Below, in pieces: positions 41,311 through 52,935 of a stretch of 64,000 bases of DNA. The position numbers were made by a program, and so were the translations under genes. The notes beneath the pieces were generated by a model. That model was not told the origin of the DNA. It saw only the letters and a program-made list of their open reading frames with translations, and did no database searches. This stretch comes from Eledone cirrhosa (lineage: Eukaryota), in assembly GCA_964016885.1 (NCBI GenBank), contig OZ024740.1:188728001-188792000 (forward strand), in the 5' to 3' direction. The first letter of the stretch is position 1. Every line of letters starts with the position of its first letter.

Positions 41311-42400
41311 ATTTTAATAAAGCAAATGGGCCATCTTAAAATTTTGTTTGCAACATAATATTGTTCATAATTATAATTGAAACATTATGCATAAATCCAA
41401 AATTAGTCAAAATTTACTTGCTGGATGTAAATTCACTCTTGGTTGGAATCGATCAAATTTAGGGGTAATGTGTCATTTAATACCAAACTACCACCATAAT
41501 TTGATTTTAGAACTCCTATTATGTTCCAAATACCAGCTTACTAATGGGAAATTATTTTACTAAGTTCTTCCAAATTCTTGACTATTTTCAAATTCATTTG
41601 AAAATTATTGGCAATGTTTTTCATGGAATAGGGAAGAGCTTTAACGTTGTTGGACTCTTATAATTGTTTTACTTTCTTGCAATGCCACTGCCAACATTTT
41701 CATCTGATTGACCAGTATAGTATTGTTACAGTAGTCTATGATCTCATCACCATTCTCTATCACTTTAACTTTACAATCATTGTTTCCTGTTCATAGAATT
41801 TATTTCAAATTGAAAATACAAAATCTAAATATTTAGGAATTTAAAATAGTTAATGCTCCAATAATTTAGGATTTCTTTAGAATATATATATTTCGATCAA
41901 TAAGCTAAAATGTTGAATTTAATTAAAAGTATCTCAGAATTTTTTCTTTTGTTTCCCCAGAGAATAAATACAAATAGTGTCAATTGTTTTTATTCATTAT
42001 TAGACATAAATTGTCTGGCTTAACCTTTTCATCAATGTTTTAACTTCTTAATACACTTTTAACATTTTATTGTGAAGATATTAACTTGATAGAAATCACT
42101 TTACCAACTCACTGAACATCATAAATCACCATAATATATCATAAATACTCATATACACCCCCACTCACACAACGTGCTTTCTATAAAAATATTATGCTTA
42201 TATCATATATTGCTTTAACTCCCATTATCATCTTTCATGAATTAGATTCATCATATTATTATAATAACTTTTACATTATACCTCATAAATATATATTTAA
42301 TAAAATAATCCTTTAAAAATAAGTCATATTATATACTGCAATTATCTTTTATTTTTATTTTATATAAGCCACATCATCAACCAATAAACAATAATATTAG

Positions 42401-42664
42401 ATAATGTGAAAAGGGATATATGTAAGAATGCTAAAACAATGTAAAATGGATGTTAAGATGAAGGCAACGAAAAATTAGTTACCTAGTAGTCTTTGTTTTT
42501 TTGTTTTTGTTTTCCATCCTAATATTTTAGGACTTAAAATTCCCTTATCAACAACAAAAAAACAAAAACAAAGATAACCAGGTAAGTAACATTTTCATTG
42601 CCTTCATCTTACCATCCATTTTGCATTGTTTTAGCCTTCTTACATATGTCACTATCCACATTAT
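42401..42664. repeat. Imperfect inverted repeat (arms ~110 bp)
   Basis: GCTAAAACAATGTAAAATGGATGTTAAGATGAAGGCAA vs TTGCCTTCATCTTACCATCCATTTTGCATTGTTTTAGC. Confidence 0.85.
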
Positions 42665-42734
42665 ATATTATATACAATGCTTCAAGCATTTAATTATATC
42701 ACTCATTATTATATAGCATTATGTTTATACTACA

Positions 42735-42928
42735 AGGGCGGTGGATTGGCAGTATCAGTAGAGGGTCGGACGCCATGCTTTGCAGCAAAGAGTTACGGCC
42801 CTTTATCGTCTGAGTTCAAATCCCGCCGAGGTTAACTTTGCCTTTCATCCTTACGGGGTCGATAAAATAAAGTACCAGTAATGAACTGAGATAATTGCTG
42901 GCCTTGTGCCAAAAGTAGAAATAATTAT
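42735..42928 (+). mobile_element. SINE family A, full-length
   Basis: Consensus match; TSD ATTATGTTTATACTACA at 42718-42734 and 42924-42940. Confidence 0.92.
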
Positions 42929-44424
42929 GTTTATACTACATATCGTTACATATCACTATAATACGCCATCATATATACTTTGCAATTTGCACATTTCCAT
43001 TAGTATTGTACATTATAAATATAGTTAACATTTTAATTATTTGAAACTTCTAACTTATCCTTTATTATACCTTAATGCATCACATCAGGCTATACCATAC
43101 TATACTATATTTTACTCCATACATATCTCTATAATTTTTAATGTGCAGAGTATCACTCAGTATTTTATACCTTTTATAAACACAATTCTTGGCTGGTTAA
43201 ATTCAGATGTATTCAGGAACAAGCAACACCACTTGATGTTAGAGGATGGAAAATATGAAATTGTAATGACTGTGTTCAAATGCAATCTGATTCATAAAAT
43301 AACTGACATATTTAAAGCCTGTGACTGAAAATGGATAACTGACTGTGCTTACTAGAAACTCATCTTCTACACTGCAATTTATACCCTACTTTACCATAGA
43401 AGCAAGCATTCAATAATTCAAATTACCATATACCTTCATATAGCTGTTTATCATATATATTATCATTCTGCTTCTACACAATCTCTCTGCTGACATTATC
43501 TCAGATAAGAAACATTTTCAGTGTAAATTGCTGTGTGTAGTTTCTGCTAAGTTATATATTTTCGATATATCCATAATAATCATTAGTAAATGTTGCAGAG
43601 AATCCAAACTGTGTATTTAGTGGTTCTTCTCAAATCAAATATTGAATACTTTCATAATACAATATCTCTAGGAGGGAGATTTAATCCCAAATGTATTCAA
43701 ATATTTCATTCTTTTTTAAATTTCTTATTTCATTTATCACATCCATTATTATATTTTTGTTTTTAAGTAAGATATAAAATTGATTTATCACTAATTATAA
43801 TCCTTTACATTATGATACGATACGACATGTTGTGGTAGATTTTATCAGATAATTTAAATTGCACTATAATACAATATGTTATTCCTTATCTTACCAAACC
43901 TTCAAAAATGATTTTCTGGTAAATTTGAAGTTTGATTATGAAACATGATGTAACTTTTGTCATACTGATAGTTAATTAAACTAACTAATTGATAATTCAG
44001 AATAAAATAGCCGGATTAAAATCATTCATTTTCAAAAGAGAATATGCCAAATTAGTGCATATATATACATCTTTGATGGCAATAGATAACTAATTCCATT
44101 TATAGAATCTCTTATAATTAATATGAAAATGTTACTGATATACATCAAGTGAATCCTGTAGATTCTAAAGATATTGATGATCAGAAGGATTTGTTGTATA
44201 TAACATTTTTTTAATAATCATAAAATTTGTTTTTCTTAATTTTAAGAAAGAAAATATTTCAGATAGCTCTATATATAGAGTAAATTTCTTGACTGTTTAT
44301 AATCAAAGTTAATTAAGAATAGGCTATTAGGTCTTTTGAATTGATGGAAAGAATGTGAAATGGGAACATGAAAGTAAGGACCTACAACATGAAAGGTTTA
44401 ATGAATGGCAGTGTATCATTTATT

Positions 44425-45360
44425 TCTCACCTTTGCAGATCCTCTGCAGTCAAGCCTCATGTTTCATGCCATGTAGCATTGTAGTTCATACACAGGCAAT
44501 ACAGTCTATCCTTCACTCGGAGATAGAAGACATTTGTTGTTAGCAGTGTTACTAGCTCCCTAGATTTCTTCCAGCCCATTATTACTTTTCCTACTACACC
44601 TTTGAAACATCCTCCCTAACTACTGATTAGATCCCATAAGTAACAAAAGTTGTCAATAAGTTCTAGGGTGCCTTCTAGGCAATTGAAAAAGTCTATTCCA
44701 TGAGTGCTCTTAGTATTTACTTGTTAACGTATCTGTAATCCTACTGCATCCATAGATTACATTGTGTGCACCTTCAACATATCGAACAAGTTCACTTTAC
44801 TGATGCTAATAGATTCTTGTCCTCTTTCCTTTTTTAAAATTTAAGTCTTTGCTAAGTTTACTTTTAGGCCGTTTGATTCTAAATCTTGCCTCAAACTCTT
44901 TCACATATGCAACTGTAACAGGTAGATTATCAGCATATAGACATCACATGGAGTATTAGTCATAACTGTTTCTACTTTAGGCACAAGGCCAGCAATTACC
45001 CAGTGCATTACTGGTACTTTATTTTATCGACCCCATAAGGATGAAAGGCAAAGTCAACCTCGGCGGGATTTGAACTCAGATCGTAAAGGGACGTAACTAT
45101 GCTGGAAAGCATGGCGTCCCACACTCTACCGATACTGCCAATCCACCGGAGTATTAGTCATAACCCTCTATGTTATGGCATGAAGGACAGTGATGAACAG
45201 AAGTAAAATGTTAACTGAGCCCTGGTGGACTCCCACCTGCACTTCAAATTCATTCCTGTTCTCATTGTCAATTCTCACTTTGTTGAATGCACCTCTATAC
45301 ATGGCTTGCACTGTCCTCATGAGTCATATGTCTACAGCTAGCTTCCTTTATGCCAACCGT
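44425..45360 (-). mobile_element. Old degenerate RTE LINE RT fragment, interrupted by a SINE
   Basis: Minus strand GTGGGAGTCCACCAGGGCTCAG (VGVHQGS), TATGCTGATAAT (YADN), AAAGTAAACTTAGCAAAGACT (KVNLAKT), FCYL-like block. Confidence 0.7.
44962..45147 (-). mobile_element. SINE family A, near full-length, nested in RTE relic
   Basis: Consensus match; TSD GGAGTATTAGTCATAAC at 44950-44966 and 45148-45164. Confidence 0.92.
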
Positions 45361-46673
45361 GTTACAGAGTGACATCAAGTTTTTTCACATCAAGTTTTTT
45401 CTAATGGGCTTTAAAGGAGAATTGTCTGTTTTGTGTAATACAGTGGTCATGATGTGATTTGATAAGTAATGTATTTGGCAAAATGTCTAGTCTATTTCTA
45501 TACAACTACTCTTTTTACTTGGGTTCCACCCACTAAAGACTAAATAAAGCAACATAAGTGTGACTGTGAAAGATCTCTAAGTATAAGTTTGTAATAGTTG
45601 CTGCCAAATATATACACACATTCACATATTCCTTCTCATTTGAATACCAACTTTTTCTGTGCAGGCATGAGTTGGCTAGACTAGAAATATGAGTTCTTTA
45701 CTCTCATACACTTATAGAACATATAGACCTTAAAACTGACAGGAAATATAATATGGAAGAAATTAAACAAGAATATGCATTATTATAGTAACTACATGGA
45801 CATATTTCCTTTAGTGGTATTGTTTATCTTTAATTTCTACTGTTTTGTTATCAGAATGACTTCCAAATATTATTTCCCTTGAAACAACTGAAAATCTTAT
45901 AGTGTCAACAAGAGGAATGTATAATGTTTTACTCGAATCCTGAGTTGTTTGTTTTTTCCCCGTCTAATTCTTCCTTACTTTTCTTTTAATTATTTTTGTC
46001 AATGAATATTGGGAATATTCCAGCAAGAAACATATTTAGATTAAATGTTTTCCTTTAATATTTTTTCACTGGAGATCTGTTGTAAAATACATTACACTAA
46101 GAAAATAAGGAAATATTTTTATTTACAATGCCAAAGTTAATTATTTTGCATTATATTTTCTTCTATATCCCATAAGCACCTCCAAAGAAACAATTCCAAC
46201 ACAAAAATAATTAAATTTATAGTTAATATAAAGAATGATGTGCACATGTGCAAAATACTATAAAATAATTTATAAAATAGGATGAACACCCTTAACATGG
46301 GAAAAGAAGTTGCCATCAGCAATGATGATGATTTGAACACCATACTCCCAAAGCTGGTATCTTGGAGACATTGAGTTCGATTCCTCATAGTGGCTGATAT
46401 CAACTTCTTTTTCCAACTTTTAAGGATCTTCACCATATTTTATAAGCTATTTTATAACATTTCCATGCATGAGTACATCATTTTTTATATTAACTTTATT
46501 TTCTTAGTGTTTTGTAAAAGTCTGAGAAATTGGCTACATATACATGAAGTTTATAAATTTATAGTGTCTTGGTGATAGTGTGGAGATGAAGACATTAGGT
46601 TCTTACAAATTTTGCTCTATGTTCTGCTGAGTTTTAAACATTTTCAATTCATGCAGCATTATCTCTTATATTA

Positions 46674-46862
46674 GTGGTTTGGGCTGCATTGGTAGAGGGT
46701 TGGATGCCATGGTTTGCAGCATAGAGTGATGGCCCTTTACAATCTGAGTTCAAACCCTACCATAGTTAACTTTGCCTTTCATCCTTATGGGGTTGATAAA
46801 ATAAAGCACCAGTAATGCACTGGGGTAATTGCTGGCCTTGTGCCACAAGTAGAAAAAATTAT
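46674..46862 (+). mobile_element. SINE family A, older diverged copy
   Basis: Full consensus alignment with CpG decay. Confidence 0.8.
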
Positions 46863-47126
46863 CTATTATATTAGTAAAACCAACTACTGTTTGCATTGCA
46901 TCAAAATGTTTAAAAACAGAATTGATAACAGTTGTGGAATTTGACACTAACATTTGGTGTTTATGCAGTTTCACATAGAAGTTAAAGTGATAGGTTAGAT
47001 GATTTTTCTTAATATGGAGGAGCATGGGGATTTAGTATCTCCTGACACACTTTGTGCAATTGTCTACTACACTTTCAGTGACACTATATTTCAATCAAAT
47101 TTGTTTGGTAGTTTTTTTCCATGTAT

Positions 47127-47475
47127 ATCAACATCATCATCGTTTTTATACCTGTTTGTCCATGCATGCATGGGTTGGATGGGTCCTTCTCAGCACAGCA
47201 GCTCTCCACTCACTATGTTTCTTTGTCATCTTCTCTGGAAGTCTCAACGATTTGAGGTCAGATATTATCACCTCTGCCCAGGTCTTTCTCAGTCTACATC
47301 TACTACAGCTTCATTCCACTAGCATTTCCTTGCACTCCTTCACCTGTCGATCATAATCCATATACATCAAATGTCCATGCCAATGCAGTCTTCTCTCCTG
47401 GACACCTTGGATTCCTCTTAAACCCAGCTTCGCCCACAGTTCATCCAAGCTTTGCCTTTCTCTCACATTTACATA
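47127..47475 (-). mobile_element. RTE LINE 3' fragment
   Basis: Encodes ERQSLDELWAKLGLRGIQGVQERRLHWHGHLM; aligns with 47874-48215; (GAT)n tail. Confidence 0.8.
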
Positions 47476-47873
47476 TTTATATTTAAGCAGCAAATTGACA
47501 AAGTCATTATAATGTCCAATAGAATACTTTGTGGTATTCATTTCGACTCTCTTCTCTCTGTGTTCAAATCCCACTAAGATCAACTTTGATGTTCATCCAT
47601 TCGAGGTTAATAAAAGTGTACAAGTCTAATATTGGGGTCTCTTTCTTCTCTATATCTATTTCTTATCCCATTCACTCATTTTCTATTCTTCTCTGGAAGA
47701 CATCTGTTGTATTCAGACCTGGAGAGTTGAGCTCTGCCAGGTTTGAAAAATGCCCTAGAAATGCCTTATGTTAATATGCTGATCCTACGACTCCCTCAGG
47801 AGCTACCGGTCCTTATATATATATACATATAATTATGTACACATACAAACGCACAAAAATGTTATATGTATAT

Positions 47874-50024
47874 ATCATCATCATCATCATTGTACGTCCG
47901 CTTTTCCCTGCTTGCAAGGGTGGGACAGGTCCTATTCAGCACAGCATCTCTCCACTTGTCACGGTTCTTCGTCATCTCCACTGTGAGCTTCAGCGATCTG
48001 AGGTCTGCTATCACCACCTCCGCCCATGTTTTTCGTGGTCTACCTCTACTGCGTCTTCCTTCAACTAGCATTTCCTGGTACTTCTTCACCCAGCAGTCAT
48101 CCTCAATGCGCATCACATGTCCATACCATCGCAGTCTCCTCTCTCTGACACTACAATCTGTCATTGTCAGATACAGTTTCTCTCTCAACACATCCATACT
48201 CAGTCGTTCATGCACATTGAAATTGCACATTCAACAGAGCGTGTTTGCCTCATTTCTCTCCAGCCGTCGCATATCCTCTGTAGTTTATGCCCATGTATCA
48301 CTACCATGCAGCATCGCACTCTTCACACGGGCATCATATAACTGGCCTTTCGTATGCAGGGAGAAACCCTTCATCGTCAGCAGAGGAAGAAGTTCCCTAA
48401 ACTTCTTCCAATCCATCCTTATTCTAGATACTGTGCCCTTGGAACCCTCCACCTCCCATGCTAATCTGATCTCCTAGGTACTGGAAGCTCCTAACCACTT
48501 CTATAGCACCCACCTGCATTTGGAAAATGTGTGTATCAATGCGACTTCTACTGTCTAATTTCCCTGTACAGCTACTGCATACGTATTTCTCCCTACCTGT
48601 TAGTTTGCCTGTTATCCCACTAAATCTATGGTGTACCCAAGATCTGCATTGTGTGCATTTTATAGAATTTATGCCAGTTCCATTTCTGCATATCAAACAT
48701 GGCCATTTCCCTGATGGAATCAGAGTTTGTCCTCTTTTCTACTTACCAACACTTTTGTCTTAGCTAGGTTCACTCTCGGTCCTCTTGATTCCAACTGCTG
48801 TTTCCATAGCCAGAATTTATTCTCTAGCTCCTCTACTGATTCTGCTATAAGAACCAGATAGTCAGCATAGAGAAGTTCCCATGGACAGCTAGTCTTAAAC
48901 TCCTCTGTTATGGCTTGGAGGACTATAATGAACAAGAGCAGGCTGAGGACCGAACCCTGATGTACTCCTACTTGCATCTGGAATTCCTCACTAAACTCCA
49001 TTCCTACCCTCACTTTACTGACAACACCTCTGTACAAATATTGCACTGTCCTCACAAGCCATTCATCAACACCTAGTTTCCTTAGGGACCACCAGATAAC
49101 AGATTGGGGTACCCTATCAAAAGCCTTCTTTAGGTCAACAATAGCTAAGTATAGTGGCTTATTCTTCTCTAAGAACCTCTCTTGTAATTGTTTCGCCAAG
49201 AAGAGGGATCTGTTGTACTTTTCCCAGGCAGAAAACCAAACTGCATCTCATCTAGTTTGACCCTTTCTCTAATTAGTTGTGCTAATATCCTTTCTGCCAC
49301 TTTCATAACCTGATCCATCAGTTGTATACCCCTATAACTGCTCCTCTCTAGAGCATCCCCTTTACCTTTGTAGCAATTTATGAGAATACTGCTGCACCAG
49401 TCTTTGGGTATGACACCGCCATATATAGCCTGATTGATGATATGTGCAACCAGTTTAGTGCCTACGTCCCCTGATGCCTTCAGCATCTCAGCAACTATCC
49501 CCATCGGTCCAGCAGCCTTACCATTTTTCATTTCCTTAATCGCCTCTTGAACCCTATATTCGTCAATCTCAATAGCTGGTCCATCTGTCCGATCTACTGG
49601 GGGTAATTTCTATCTCTCCCATTCGTTCTCTACATTCATCAGTCGCTCATAATGACATTTATAGGCCTCCTTTTTCTGATCATTCGTGACACTAAGTACA
49701 CCGGCATCATTCCGGACACATTTATCTCCAACATCATCCTGATTTGCATTGACGCATTGCCTTGCAATGTGGAACACCGCACGTCTCTGATCTTCCCATC
49801 ACAGAACATTGGCAAACCTCCTACTCTCAGCTTCCCTGCGTGCTAAATAGACCTGACATCTAGCTTCGCTCTTAGCGGCTGTATATTGTATATCCTTCCC
49901 TACTCCCACCCTGTTTCTAAGCCTTCCATGCTAGTCTTTTGTCTCTAATGGCCCTATCTACCATGCTGGTCCACCACCAGGTCAATCTCTGTCTGGCTTG
50001 AGCTCTGCTCCAGCCACAAGTTTC
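47874..50024 (-). mobile_element. RTE-clade LINE (second family), 5'-truncated, ORF2 disrupted
   Basis: TWWW, GKAAGPMGIVAEMLK, YKGKGD...YRGI, QFGF, VDLKKAFDRV, GVHQGSVLS, LYADY, FQYLG, RLRWYGHV, GRPRKTW; reading frame runs into the (GAT)n tail. Confidence 0.95.
48720..49531 (-). pseudogene. Disrupted reverse transcriptase region of RTE ORF2
   Basis: ORFs 49169-49531 and 48720-49199 joined by a frameshift; catalytic YADD mutated to YADY. Confidence 0.85.
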
Positions 50025-50119
50025 CCAGTCGTTTAACTGCGAAATCGGGTATCCAGCCCGATTATTTCTGTGTCCCCGCACAAACAAAAAAATTAAATAA
50101 TAATAATAATCACTTATTG

Positions 50120-50320
50120 ACACTCGTACACACACACACACACACTCACTCACACACCAACACTCATGCATACAAACATACATGCCACTCACTTGCACAT
50201 ACACACACACTCACTCACATACCAACACTCATGCATACAAACACACTCGCCACACACACACACTCTCACTCACACACCAACACTCACACACCAACACTCA
50301 TGCATACAACACACACATAT
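50120..50320. repeat. CA-rich compound micro/minisatellite
   Basis: Recurrent CACTCACACACCAACACTCATGCATACAA units within (CA)n. Confidence 0.85.
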
Positions 50321-50392
50321 TACCGTCATTACTGATACAAGATCATGTCAACTGTTGACTTTCGAAAGAGTTTGTATAATTGAAGCCGTGTG

Positions 50393-50520
50393 TTACGGTC
50401 TGAGTTCAAATCCCGCCGAGGTTAACTTTGCCTTTCATCCTTACAGGGTCGATAAAATAAAGTACCAGTAATACACTGGGTAATTGCTGGCCTTGTGCCT
50501 AACGTAGAAACAATTATTAT
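50393..50520 (+). mobile_element. SINE family A, 5'-truncated
   Basis: Consensus match from TTACGGTCTGAGTTCAAATCCC to the tail. Confidence 0.9.
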
Positions 50521-50529
50521 AATAATTGT

Positions 50530-50680
50530 TTTACAGCATAGAGCTACGGCCCTCCATGCTCAGGGCCCAAATCCCGCTGAGGTCAACCCTATCCTTTATC
50601 GCCACGGAGCCAACAAAACAAGGCACCAGCAATGCACTGGGACAATCGCTGCCCCATACCAAAAACAGAATAATTACTAT
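50530..50680 (+). mobile_element. SINE family A copy with strand-biased T-to-C hypermutation
   Basis: Colinear with consensus, e.g. GTCGATAAAATAAAGTACCAGTAAT becomes GCCAACAAAACAAGGCACCAGCAAT. Confidence 0.85.
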
Positions 50681-50690
50681 TATTATAGTT

Positions 50691-50877
50691 GTGGATTGGC
50701 AGTATCAGTAGAGGGTCGGACGCCATGCTTTCCAGCATAGTTACGTCCCTTTACGGTCTGAGTTCAAATCCCGTCGAGGTTAACTTCGCCTTTCATCCTT
50801 ACGGGGTCGATAAAATAAAGTACCAGTAATGCACTGGGTAATTGCTGGCCTTGTGCCAAATGTAGAAACAATTATTA
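50691..50877 (+). mobile_element. SINE family A, near full-length, young
   Basis: Consensus match; TSD ATTATTATAGTTGT at 50679-50692 and 50871-50884. Confidence 0.92.
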
Positions 50878-51280
50878 TAGTTGTTGTTTTCTTAAGGTTC
50901 CATTGCTGGTGATAGTGGTGGTGGTGGTGGTGGTGGTGGCAGTGATGGTGGTGGCAGTTGATGTTGTTGTTTATAGTTCCTCTTGATGTTCATTTCATTC
51001 TGATGTTGCAGCTGCAGACAATGGTGTTGTTGCTGTTGTTGTTGTTGTAGTTGCTGGGTTGAAATTTAGTTGCTTGGACTGTCAAGTAAACGTAAAATGT
51101 AAATAAAGATTGCTCTGGGAAAAATATATGGAATAATATATATGTAGAAGTTATATTTAATTTGTTGGGATACACCAAGCAAATATTTTTATAACTGATA
51201 TAAAACATTCAACAAATTATTGGAGTAAAAATACAATATATTAACAAATGGAAACTACATTTATAAAACCATATTTATTT

Positions 51281-51340
51281 CATTATACATATTTCAAGGA
51301 CACCAAAGCAAATTATGGTGCGCTTTCATCAGATAAAATA
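51281..51340 (-). ncRNA. Hammerhead-ribozyme-like core (minimal type I, degenerate)
   Basis: Minus strand CUGAUGA-AAGCGCACCA...UGGUGUCCUU-GAAA-UAUGUA; stem II pairs 9 of 10; stem I not convincing. Confidence 0.45.
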
Positions 51341-51478
51341 TAATATAGATCAGTTTCATAAACAAATAATGACATACCCTTAAAGAATGCGACCATGTCC
51401 CAACCGACATGGTTGCATTCTTTAAGGGTATGTCAATATTTGTTTATAAAACTGATCTATATTATATTTTATCTGATG
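51327..51478. repeat. Near-perfect inverted repeat, 73-bp arms, 6-nt loop
   Basis: 51327-51399 vs 51406-51478, three mismatches seen. Confidence 0.92.
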
Positions 51479-51513
51479 GAATAATATATATATTTTTATT
51501 CGCAACAATGACA

Positions 51514-51570
51514 TATACAGGTATTTAAGTTTCGTTGGGCTATGCACCCTAACTCATTCAGCCTGTTATA
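51514..51570 (-). ncRNA. Hammerhead-ribozyme-like motif (minimal type I, two lesions)
   Basis: Minus strand ACAGG-CUGAAUGA-GUUAGGG...CCCAAC-GAAA-CUUAAAUA-CCUGU: stems I and II pair, palindromic UUAA loop III; one extra A in the core and a C-A mismatch in stem III. Confidence 0.55.
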
Positions 51571-52770
51571 AAAATAAAGATGGCCTCTGGTGGTTGAATG
51601 TAACACACACGCATACACCCACCCCACCCCACAACTGTATATTCTATTTCATTGTATTCTGTTTCCTATATTTAGCATTTTATACTAATGTCTCTTTGTT
51701 TTCTTGGAAAGGAATAAAAGAATCACAGATGAATAAGTTTTCCTGTCATGATAAGAGATGAATAAATAAATATATTTGGGGCTGGTGGATAAGAAGCCTT
51801 GTCTGAAATCACATTTCCTAATGATACTCAGATTTATTCACTAGTATGACTTATATCAACTGGTGTTTACTGTTTCAGACCAATACTAGTTTTCTTCAAC
51901 TATAGATTTTCTCTTCAAAAGAATCATATTTTATTTATTTTATTTTCAAAGCATGCAGTGTGAAATTCCAATCTTTGTGCCTCAAGAGCATAAAACGTGT
52001 TTTTTTTAATGTTTTTCATCTGAATGTTATTTTTTCTTGTATTCAGTTTGTTTTGAGTGTCCTACATGTTATGTGCTTATGTTTTTTCTTATGTTATTTA
52101 TGTATTTTTGTTGTCTGACATGTGTAACACATATAAACTTCTTTCATATTCTTCAAACTGTTACTACTATTAAATGGATACACATCTATTCCATAGCAAT
52201 TCTTATATTTCCTGGGGTCCTTAGAAAATATTTTGCTTTGATCTCTAGGTGTTTGTGTCACAATACCTTCTTATTTCTAATAAATGATCTAGTCAAAAGA
52301 GAATTCTTTTCTATCTCAAACTTAAATCATTCTGTCTGTGTCATCTATCAAGTAAACATTGTTTCTTAGCTTAAATATTATTTTCTATTCATTACTAATC
52401 AATGACTTCTCATTTGCTTTGCACAGAGGTGGTTGTACATAAAAGCAGAACAATACTTCCAAAGTGCCATATTGGTGCCTAGCTTAAATTAACACTTACT
52501 TCACACATGGCATGATCCATAGAGTATCCATATAAAACTACCATTAACTGAAAGTACACTTCGTGCTATCTGAGTGTGACACATGGTTTTCATGTATATT
52601 TAAACTTATTTCACTTCTCTGCATAACCTTTAGTCATGCTGAAGCACTGTTTAAAAGTGATTTAGCTGACCATATCAATCTCAGTCATCCTTTAAAAAGG
52701 TCTTACTTTATCAATCTCAAGCTGTAGGACAAATTCAGACACAAACGTAAGCACAGTCACTGACACACAC

Positions 52771-52935
52771 ACAATGGGCTTCTACAGTTTCCATTCACCA
52801 AATTTCACTTATTAGGCACTGATCATGCAAGGCTATAGTAGCAGATACATGCCAAAGGTGCCATGGAGTGGGAATGAACCACAATTTATATAGTTGGAAA
52901 ATGAACTTCCTAACTACATAGCCATGCTTGCACCT
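52771..52935 (-). mobile_element. Old tRNA SINE (family C), degenerate
   Basis: Minus strand AGGTGCAAGCATGGCTATGTAGTTAGGAAG...GGTTCATTCCCACT...GGCACCTTTGGCA...CTACTATAGCC; paralogous to 54111-54274. Confidence 0.65.
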
